From Eledone cirrhosa (lineage: Eukaryota): DNA of 64,000 nucleotides. Each line of letters opens with the position of its first letter. Within the stretch, counting starts at the first letter, position 1. Below are positions 53,870-64,000 of this stretch, piece by piece. Below the pieces are notes generated by a model. It saw nothing but the letters and a program-made list of their open reading frames with translations, was not told where the DNA came from and did not search any database. The translations under genes and the position numbers were made by a program. The DNA lies in contig OZ024741.1 of assembly GCA_964016885.1 (NCBI GenBank), positions 331,266,001 through 331,330,000 of the forward strand, given 5' to 3'.

Positions 53870-56214
53870 ATATGGAACATTCTCAGAAATTTTGTTTTGA
53901 ACTTTAAAATAGAGGAAACAAAGAAAAAAAAGCAAGAAGGATGTGAAGTAATGTCAGATCCGAACACTTCCTTTCCTCAATTCTTACATTAGGGACCTCT
54001 GCATCAACAGTTTGGTATTTAAAGGTCCACAATTATATGACTACCTTTTTTAAAAACCTGCACTAAACTATACCAAAAATTCACCCTGAGACCTTTAAAA
54101 TGTACCTAAACGTATTACTCCCTCTCATATCCAGAATTAGTCATTGGTGGAATAGCAAAGGGGCTTCCAGTGTCCAAGAGCAAAAACACCCTTTATTGCC
54201 CCTGCCCATTTTAATTAACAAGCATGTTGAGGAAATTTTGCCATACACATAAATTAATGATAAATGTTACAGTAATTTAAAGGTCCAGCCTTGTCACACT
54301 GTGTCATGCTGAATCTCCCTGAGAATTACATTAAGGATACATGTGTCTATGGAATGCTCAGTCACTTATACTATAATTTCATAGGCAGGCTGTTCCATGG
54401 AAAGCACAACTGGACTACTTGTCATTGAAACTGATGGAGGTCCAGTCATTCCATATAATGGTATCCATGTTTCTCACTGTATACTGCATTGATGAGTAAA
54501 CTATTTGACAGGAATAAGACAAGTAGGGTTATATTTCATATTTCATAGACAACAACTGATCCTTAACAGTTAAGTATGAACCCTTGATCCTTTAACCAGT
54601 CAATAATAGTTTGTATCCTAGCTACACATGGGAGGGAAAATCAAGTAGTGTGGAGTGGTAAGCACTAAGAAAGTTAATTAGTCATAAATCATTTAAGAAA
54701 ATACCCCCCCCCCCCCCAAAAAAAAAACCCCAGAAAAATAACAAAAACAAAAGAAAAAACGAAATCCAATGTCAATACTCAGCCTGAACTTTAAAATTTG
54801 TATTTTCTTTACTTGTTTTAGTGAAGGTACATGGCTTAGTGGTTAGATAGTTGGATTCACAATTGTGAGGTTGTGAGTTCGATTTCTGAACTGGGTGATG
54901 CACTATGTCCTTGAGCAAGTCACTTTATTTCACATTGTTCTTTCTTCCAGGAGTTGTGACCACTATATAGTACCAGCAATTGGAAAGTCCAATGGAAACA
55001 TTGTTTCCTTGGTCCAATTTGATGAGTTCTATCCCACTTGGTAAGCGAATGAAGTCTGGAATCTTGTCCTTTTCTCCAATAAATAAATAAACTTGTTTTA
55101 GTTATTAGACTGTGACCATGCTGGGGCACCAGCTTGAAGGGATTTAGTTGATCGTATGAACCCCACTACTTTTTTTTCAAGCCTGGTACTTAATTTATCA
55201 ATCTTTTTTTTGTTGAAACACTGTTACCAGGCATAAACAAACAATAAATATAAGCATCACCAACCCACAGATATTTACAACAGGCATCCATGCAGTTTCT
55301 GTCTACCAAATTTTACATAGACTGACTATGAAGTATCTTAGTCAAACTATGAACTTTTCAGCTGACCCTTATATGTAAATTATAACTCTGTTATATTCTA
55401 TAATGTGATAAATCAATATGTGATAAATCAATATAATCATACAATAAAATATATATTTAGATGTTCTACAATATGTAATATAATAAATATCATACCATAG
55501 AACTGGTATACTTACATTTACAATATACTAAGGTATGTACTACTCTCATACCACTATTCCTTTACGTTCTGAGTTCAAATCTCGCCAAGGTTATCTTTTA
55601 CCTTTCATCCTTACGGGGTTGATAAAATAAAGTACCAGTAACACACTGGGGTTGATGTAATTGACTTTTCTCTCCACCCCCATAAAAAATGTTGGCCATG
55701 TGCCTAAATCAGAAACCATCATATTTTTATCCATTATTACTGCAATTTTGCAATATCATCATCATCACTGTTTAACGTCCATTTTCCCACGCTAGCATGG
55801 GTTAGACGAGTTGTCCCGTTGTGAAACAATCCAGATTGGGTGACTGTGTCTTGCTCATACAAAATTGTTTCTGGCTTATTTTTCACAGTTGGATGCTCTT
55901 CCTAATGCCAACCACATTTACAGTGTGGACTGGGTGGTTTTTCTTGTAGAACCAAAATGGCCACATTACAGTGTGGACTGGGCATTTTTCTGACTGTTTG
56001 ACTATGTATAAACCACATCCCCAACATATACACAGATACGCACAAAAAAATAAAAACAACACATACACGCTCATACGGCCCCCACACTTTTTTTTTCTTT
56101 TCTTGTGATGAAGGACTAATGTCTGATATGTTGAACTTTTTTCTCTCTTTCCTCCAAAGCAAGAAACTAATAAGACTAGCTGTTTTTGCATCTCTGTGTT
56201 TGTAATCTTTTGAC

Positions 56215-56283
<69 letters not shown>

Positions 56284-56287
56284 AATG

Positions 56288-56360
56288 TATTTATTAAAGT
56301 AACAGATTAAAGTTTAAGCAAAGAATCACTGCTTTCACCCTAACGGGACCTTCTGAAACT
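56288..56360 (-). mobile_element. Short copy of the 34.1 kb element end containing the variant hammerhead
   Basis: Homologous to 34101-34175; core reads CAGAAGG. Confidence 0.65.
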
Positions 56361-56569
56361 ATATATATATATATATGTATATATAAGGGATAACAAAATA
56401 TCGTTATAGGTAATCCAGTTAGAGGTTGTGAATACTTCGTATTGTGGATAGTTTTAGTGTTCGGCGTTGTTTGACTCAACAAGGGGTTTCCTTAGGTGGC
56501 AAATTGTTAATACTGTAAATAAAACCCTTTTTTGTACTGTTGACCATGTTATTCTTCACTCTTTATATA

Positions 56570-56632
<63 letters not shown>

Positions 56633-56712
56633 AGACTATACTATCCAGCAAACCTTTAACCGTCAAGGTTCTTTTTCTACGGGTATGTCAACATTTATAA
56701 AACAAATTTTGT

Positions 56713-56775
56713 ATTTTGTCTGATGAGAGCGCACCAAAACTGCCTTGGTTGCCCTTGAAATATATATAATAAAAT
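56713..56775 (+). ncRNA. Type I hammerhead-like fold, partly decayed
   Basis: attttgt-CTGATGA-gagcgcacca...tggttgccctt-GAAA-tatat-ATA-ataaaat. Confidence 0.5.
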
Positions 56776-56821
56776 AATTATGGTTTTATAAATATAGTTT
56801 CCATTTTACTCCAGTAATCTG

Positions 56822-56854
<33 letters not shown>

Positions 56855-58655
56855 GTATATATATATGTATATATTTATATATCATCATCATCATCATTTT
56901 TGCATTAACTTTTCTCTGGTGGAATGGGTTGGGTTGAACTTCCTGACACCAACCTTTTTAGCCACTTATGACATGCACAAATAAAGTGTACCTATTCTAA
57001 ACTGGATACACCTTGGCCTTACATCCATACATGCATGCATGCATAAATACATACATACATAAATACAAGAGATGGTAAAATGAACAGACTTGCTTTTTTT
57101 GCAAGAAATTGTTTTCGTTTCTGTCACTACTCACTTTCATCTAGCTTTCTATTTCTTCTTTCTATTTTCTGATGAATGACTGAAGCGTAAATACTCATTT
57201 CCTACTATGTTAAGCATAAAATTAATATATTTCTTCATCATACTGTGTTGATTGCTTTGTTATTTCTATTTACCTTTTGCATATATATATATATATATAC
57301 ATACCATTTCATGATGGTAAATTATTATCCATGCATGTGTGTGTGTGTGTATAATGGGCTGTTGCACAGTTTTTTTCCACTAAATTTTAGCTTAGATGAC
57401 ACTGATCAACCTGAGGCAATGATGGAAGAGATTTGAACTGTTTAACAACACAATCATAGCTACAAGGATATTTGTATTTCTTTCTGCTAGAAAATTACAC
57501 ACACACACACATACACACATTACATACATATATATATATATATATATAATTATCTTCATCATAATCATTTAATGATATATATATATATATAAGATAAATC
57601 ACACATAGTTTATAGGCATTACAAATATCTTCATCTTTTCGACAAAATACCATATTTGGTTAAAAGTTGTCTATGTTGGCAGTCATATGTGTATAGAGAA
57701 AAACAAAAACAAAAGACAAAAACAAAATGTTAGAAATTCACAAATGAAAATTTTAATAAAATAATTTAATAATTAAATGACTTTGCATTTCTAAGATTAC
57801 GACCAAAAAGAACTCATACGAGAAGATGGTTCTCTGAACTAAAAATCATCAGAATTGATGATAAAAAGGCTTTATGCCCTCGGGGTGTTGTGTTGTGTGT
57901 ATAATAAAATTAAACGTTTAATGAAAAATCTAGAGAAGAAAGTAAATATGAATGTAAGAATTCAGATATGCTACTACAGTTTCATCAATGTTTTGAAATA
58001 ACATTAACACATCTTTGATCTTGGGAAATATTTGTATTTGTTAAATATACGCAATATTAATCACGGCTTTTTGTTGTGTGTGTACTTTTATATCTGAAAT
58101 CAAACCTATCACACACACACATGAATGTATATAATATTCTGTGTGGTCAGGCTTGTTAGATACAGTGGCAAATTGAAATAGCAAATAAAAACATGGATGG
58201 CTGTGTGGTTAAGAAGTTTGCTTTGCAACCACGTGCTTCCAGGTTCAATTCACTGTGTTGCACTTTGGGGGAAAAGGGTACGACACCTTGTAGATGGAAA
58301 CTATATATATATACATATATTCAATAGTCAGAGTCCTGCAGAAGTCATTCCTATAATAAAATAAAGATGCCTATATTCTACTAATGTAGTGAATATATTT
58401 TTTAACTGTGGTCACCTGTTATACAGCAGGAATCCACCTATCATATATATATATATATTTGAGTGTGGTCTACCCTTGGTGGTAGGGTCCATACCGTAGA
58501 TAGAACTCAATGCAATCTGATGGCGAGTAATCCAGTGAATTCCATAGAAAAGTTCCGTGCACCACTGAGATACAGAATCAGATATTAGGTATTAAATTAA
58601 CAGTGAAAGTAATAACAGCAAAGTCGAGTTATTATTTTCATTGTTAATTTAATAC

Positions 58656-58711
<56 letters not shown>

Positions 58712-58932
58712 AATATAAATTTAGCGAGAATTGCATTTCGGCGGATAGAAATTAGCGAAACGCAACTTCCATAATGTGTAGACAAGCGCTTCATGGATAT
58801 GAAGAGGATACCAGAGCTATAAACATAAGTTAAAAAGGTCATACATGCTGAGATGATGGTTAAGAAGTCATTAACCACCTGAGCCAAATAAGCGAACAAG
58901 CTAAACGGGTCAAACAAAATAAGATATGATTA

Positions 58933-59120
58933 TGTGGATTGGCAGTATCGGTAGAGGGTTGGACGCCATGCTTTGACGCATAGAGTTACGGCCCTTGCCA
59001 TTCTGAGTTCAAATCCCGCTGAGGTTAACTTTGCCTTTCATCCTTATGGGGTCGATAAAATAAAGTACCAGTAATACACTGGGTAATTGCTGGCCTTGTG
59101 CCAAAAGTAGAAACAATTAT
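58933..59120 (+). mobile_element. SINE family B
   Basis: Consensus match. Confidence 0.8.
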
Positions 59121-59367
59121 ATATATATACACACACACGCATACATACACATATATATTTAGTACAAGTTTGATATAAATATCCAAGGGTAAGAACACTT
59201 AGTCCATAGTATGAGTTAAGTATAATTAGTTACAACAGTGACATGTAGGGGTACTTAAGTTTCATTAGGTTATTCACTCCAACTCATTTAGCCTGTCATA
59301 TAAATAAAAATGGCTTCCCCAATAGAAAGTATAGTAGAGATCTAAGGATAGGTACTCCCAAATTGAT

Positions 59368-59620
59368 CTATAGATAGACAAATCCCTTGAATAATGTAAG
59401 TGAAAGGGAGAACACAGTGTGGTTATATTTTAGGTTCCACACATGGTTTGTGAGCCGAGAGTTATGTTTTTTGTCAGGATGTCTGAGGGTTGTTTCTTGG
59501 TTCAGAAAACAGCTTTTGAACTGGCACCCAGACATTCCTACATAAATCCAGGCTTCAGTTTGGTGGTTCTGGTTGGTGGAGGTCATTTCTGCTTCATATA
59601 TCACTATTGGAGTGTTGCAC
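59368..59620 (-). pseudogene. Penelope-like element GIY-YIG endonuclease fragment
   Basis: CNTPIVIYEAEMT...WIYVGMS..FKSCFLNQETTLRHPDKKHNSRLTNHVWNLK, matching the PLE pattern C...VIY...Y.G.T...FK.R..NH...F......T.LS.H.W.LK. Confidence 0.8.
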
Positions 59621-59635
59621 TGCTGATTCAGATAT

Positions 59636-59693
<58 letters not shown>

Positions 59694-60349
59694 GTTAAAA
59701 ATGTACATCCACATATGTATACTGAAATACTAGTATGCATATGAATACACACACGTGTAGATATGTAGATGTACCGAGTTTTTCACTGGTCACTTTACTG
59801 TGAGTGTCCAGCTATTCTGTATGTAAACACACAGACAAACCGGTTTTTAGAGTCATACTGGTTTTCGAGGAAACACCTTTCCTCTATTCTCCAGAAAGCC
59901 AGACAAGGAATATTGGACTAGTTTCGATGTTGTTACATCTCATCTTTCTAGAGAATCGTAAAAGCACATATCGTTATATGCTTTTTCTATGAAAATTAGT
60001 AGTGGGCAGACCAATTTGCATAGAGCGTGAGTACGTACCGGTTCAACGGAGACGATACAAACAAATAACGAAACGAAATTAAATTTCGTTTCGTTTGTAA
60101 CTCACTTTTGTATGACTGACGCTTAAACAATTAAGTTAAAAATGTACATCCACATATGTATACTGAAATACTAGTATGCATATGAATACACACACGTGTA
60201 GATATGTAGATGTACCGAGTTTTTCACTGGTCACTTTACTGTGAGTGTCCAGCTATTCTGTATGTAAACACACAGACAAACCGGTTTTTAGAGTCATACT
60301 GGTTTTCGAGGAAACACCTTTCCTCTATTCTCCAGAAAGCCAGACAAGG

Positions 60350-60394
60350 AATATTGGACTAGTTTCGATGTTGTTACATCTCATCAGCAATATT
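60350..60394 (-). ncRNA. Minimal type I hammerhead ribozyme
   Basis: Minus strand aatattg-CTGATGA-gatgt[aaca]acatc-GAAA-cta-GTC-caatatt. Confidence 0.9.
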
Positions 60395-60954
60395 TACCTA
60401 TCTTCCGGCCTTTCTAGAGAATTGTAAAAGCACATATCGTTATATGCTTTTTCTATGAAAATTAGTAGTGGGCAGACCAATTTGCATAGAGCGTGAGTAC
60501 GTACCGGTTCAACGGAGACGATAAAAACAAATAACGAAACGAAATTAAATTTCGTTTCGTTTGTAACTCACTATTGTATGACTGACGCTTAAACAATTAA
60601 GTTAAAAATGTACATCCACATATGTATACTGAAATACTAGTATGCATATGAATACACACACGTGTACATATGTAGATGTACCGAGTTTTTCACTGGTCAC
60701 TTTACTGTGAGTGTCCAGCTATTCTGTATGTAAACACACAGACAAACCGGTTTTTAGAGTCATACTGGTTTTCGAGGAAACACCTTTCCTTTATTCTCCA
60801 GAAAGCCAGACAAGGAATATTGGACTATCGTCTCCGTTGAACCGGTACGTACTCACGCTCTATGCAAATTGGTCTGCCCATTACTAATTTTCATAGAAAA
60901 AGCATATAACGATATGTGCTTTTACGATTCTCTAGAAAGGCCGGAAGATAGGTA

Positions 60955-60999
60955 AATATTGCTGATGAGATGTAACAACATCGAAACTAGTCCAATATT
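60955..60999 (+). ncRNA. Minimal type I hammerhead ribozyme
   Basis: aatattg-CTGATGA(60962-68)-gatgt[aaca]acatc-GAAA(60983-86)-cta-GTC(60990-92)-caatatt; palindromic ACTAGT stem III. Confidence 0.9.
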
Positions 61000-61347
61000 C
61001 CTTGTCTGGCTTTCTGGAGAATAGAGGAATGGTGTTTCCTCGAAAACCAGTATGACTCTAAAAACCGGTTTGTCTGTGTGTTTACATACAGAATAGCTGG
61101 ACACTCACAGTAAAGTGACCAGTGAAAAACTCGGTACATCTACATATGTACACGTGTGTGTATTCATATGCATACTAGTATTTCAGTATACATATGTGGA
61201 TGTACATTTTTAACTTAATTGTTTAAGCGTCAGTCATACAAAAGTGAGTTACAAACGAAACAAAATTTAATTTCGTTTCGTTATTTGTTTTTATATATAT
61301 ATATATATATTTATATATCATTATATATATATATATCTTTATATATA

Positions 61348-61677
61348 TCATCATCATTTTATGTCCACTTTTCCCTGCTTGCAAGGGTGGGACGGGAACT
61401 AATTCTGGCTTGATTTCTACAGCTGGATGCCCTTCCTAACACCAACCTCATTACAGTGAGTGCTGGGTGCTTTTTTTGCCGTGGCACCTCCACGACCACT
61501 TTGCAGTGGAATGATAGGGACCCAGTCCTATCATCTCATTTCTACAGCTGAGTAAACTGGAGCAATGTGAAATAAAGTGTCTTGCTCAAGGAAACAACAC
61601 ATCACCCAGTCTGAGAATTGAACTCACAACCTTTCGATTGCAAAGCCAATGCTCTAACCACTAAGCCATGTGCCTCC
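61348..61677 (-). mobile_element. SINE family A
   Basis: Reverse-complement match to 1-348. Confidence 0.85.
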
Positions 61678-61879
61678 ACATATATATATGTACACACACA
61701 TATTTTATATATATATATATATATAGAGGGGTGGCATTAGGAAGGACTTCCAGCCATAGCAAACCAAACCAAAAATGGACTGTATGAGCAAGAGGTAGGT
61801 CACCTGACTTGCCTGGCCTCATAACATAACTGCCCATTTGACCTATGCAAGTATGTGAAACAGTGAGGATGTGGATGAT

Positions 61880-62070
61880 ATATGAAGGTATACAGAATTT
61901 TGAAAAATCTCGTTCGTGATCTAAAATCTAACACCAAGATCCAATAAAACTTCCTCTCCTTCTCTGCTCAAAATCCTGTCGACTGCACTAAATGCAGCTT
62001 GATATGTAATTCAGCAGCTGGACTAGAGTCTCATTTAAGGCATAACCAAATAAAAAGAATGAACTGAGAA
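61880..62070 (+). mobile_element. Probable RTE-like LINE C-terminal remnant
   Basis: CTKCSLICNSAAGLESHLRH resembles the C2H2-like motif at RTE ORF ends. Confidence 0.5.
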
Positions 62071-62450
62071 GACGGTTACACCCCTCCATACGTTGATATA
62101 CGCCAAGAGAGTCCATCACACACACACATATATATATATACAATATAAATGACAATCATTTAATCACTTACGACATGCAATTCATATATAAATTTTAAAC
62201 ATACATCTCCAAAAAATATTATATTTCGGCTCTGTAGTATACTTGGTATTTTACATTGAGGTATTTTCCTATTTGTAATTGCGCAATATTTATTATTACC
62301 CACATTTCAAATCCCCCACAGTTCAAATCCCGCCGAGGTTGACTTTGCTTTTCATCCTTACGGGGTTGATAAAATAAAGTACCAGTAATGCACTGGGTAA
62401 TTGCTGGCCTTGTGCCTAAAGTAGAAACATTTATTATTACCCACATTATA

Positions 62451-62798
62451 TCATCATCATCATCATCATCATCATCATTTTACGTCCGCTTTTCCTTGCT
62501 TGCAAGGGTGGGACGGGAACTGATTCTGGCTTGATTTCTACAGCTGGATGCCCTTCCTAACACAAACCTCATTTACAGTGAGTACTGGGTGCTTTTTGCC
62601 GTGGTACCTCCACGACCACTTTGCAGTGGAATGATAGGGACTCCAGTCCCTATCATCTCATTGCTACAGCTGAGTAAACTGGAGCAATGTGAAATAAAGT
62701 GTCTTGCTCAAGGAAACAACACATCACCCGTCTGAGAATTGAACTCACAACCTTTCGATTGCAAGCCCAATGCTCTAACCACTAAGCCATGTACCTCC
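62451..62798 (-). mobile_element. SINE family A
   Basis: Reverse-complement match to 1-348. Confidence 0.85.
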
Positions 62799-62816
62799 AT
62801 GATATATATATATATA

Positions 62817-64000
62817 TCATCATTATCATCATCATCATTTTACGTCCACTTTTCCCTGCTTGCAAGGGAGGGACGGGTCCTATTCAGTACAGCATCTCTC
62901 TACTTGTCACGGTCCTTCGTCATCTCCTCCGTGAGCTTCAGTGATCTGAGGTCTGCTCTCACCACCTCCGCCCATGTTTTTCGTAATCTTCCTCTACTGC
63001 GTCATCCTTCTACTGGGATTTCTTGGCACTTTCTTCACCCAGCGGTCATCCTCCATGTGCATCACATGTCCATACCATTTCAATCTTCTCTCCCGCACAC
63101 TACAACTTATCGCTTTTATACCCAGTTTCTCTCTCAACTCATCTATGCTTGGTCGTTCACACACATTGACATTGCACATCCAACGGAGCATGCTTACTTC
63201 ATTTCTCTCCAGCCGTCGCATATCCTCTGTAATTGCTGCCCATGTCTCACTACCATGCAGCATTGCACATCTCACACAGGCATCATATAACCGGCCTTTC
63301 ATTCGTAGGGAGAAACCCTTGTTTGTCAACAGAGGAAGCAGCTCCCTAAACTTCTTCCAACCCATCCTTATTGTAGATACTATGGCCTCAGAACACCCCT
63401 ACCCTTACTAATCTGATCACCTAGGTACCAGAAGCTATCAACCACTTCTATAGAACCCACCTGCATTTGAAAAATGCAGGTGTAATCACTGCGATTACTA
63501 CTGCCAAATTTCCCTGTACATCTACTGCATACATAGTTTTCCCTACCTGTTAGTTTGCCTGCTATCCCACTACATCTCTTGTGTACCCAAGATCTGCATT
63601 ATGTACATTTTATAGAGTTCCTTTTCTACATATGAAACATGGCCATTTCCCTGATTGAATCAGAGTTTTGTCTTCTTTTCTACTTATCATCACTTTTGTC
63701 TTACCTATGTTCACTCTCAGTCCTCTTGCTTCCAACTGCTGTTTCCATAGCCAGAATTTATTCTCTAGCTCCTCTACTGATTCTGCTATAAGTACCAGAT
63801 CGTCAGCATAGAGAAGTTCCCATGGGCAGCCAGTCTTAAACTCCTCTGTTATGGCTTGGTGGACTATAATGAACAAGAGCGGGCTGAGGACCGAGCCCTG
63901 ATGTACTCCTACTTGTATCTGGAATTCCTCACTAAACTCCATTCCTACTCTCACATTACTGACACAGCTCTGTACAAAGTTTGCACTGTCCTCACAAGCC
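62817..64000 (-). mobile_element. Second RTE LINE subfamily, RT and C-terminus, decayed; runs off the window edge
   Basis: GVHQGSVLSPLLF, LLYADDLVL, GKWPCFIC, MLHGSETW, WYGHVMH. Confidence 0.92.

Larger units (their letters stand above)
59688..61293. mobile_element. Retrozyme-like / PLE-derived non-coding array: 466-bp hammerhead-bearing unit, 2.5 direct copies plus 1 inverted copy
   Basis: Units start at 59688 (441 bp, 25-bp deletion), 60129 (466 bp) and 60595 (partial, to ~60827); inverted monomer ~60826-61293; (TA)n on both sides. Confidence 0.85.

Noticed and set aside
57775-57860. Minus-strand CTGATGA...GAAA...GTC hammerhead candidate
   Set aside because: Stems I and II do not pair convincingly.
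59804-61104. Repeated ~60-aa ORFs in the 466-bp unit
   Set aside because: GTG starts, antisense to the ribozyme, no recognisable domain.

Overview
Eukaryotic, AT-rich, repeat-saturated DNA. The SINE/RTE/microsatellite landscape suggests an octopus or other cephalopod genome; this is an inference. No host protein-coding gene can be called with confidence, and almost all ORFs in the track come from microsatellites or satellites. Recognisable elements: a near full-length decayed RTE LINE (17.1-21.0 kb, minus) with many 3' fragments, a second RTE subfamily at the right edge, clustered Tx1/L1-like LINE fragments in (ATCT)n tracts, a decayed mariner and its MITEs, a Helitron helicase remnant, piggyBac-like MITEs, several tRNA-derived SINE families, and minisatellites that visibly arose inside TEs. 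The most notable signal is a set of at least six dissimilar non-coding fold-back or tandem element families, mostly inserted in (TA)n, that carry type I hammerhead ribozyme folds. The clearest is a 466-bp-unit retrozyme-like array at 59.7-61.3 kb, next to a Penelope GIY-YIG remnant, whose inversion junction lies 3-5 nt from the predicted self-cleavage site. Two other families carry non-canonical cores (U3-A8 covariant; U4A). All folds were read by eye and are untested.
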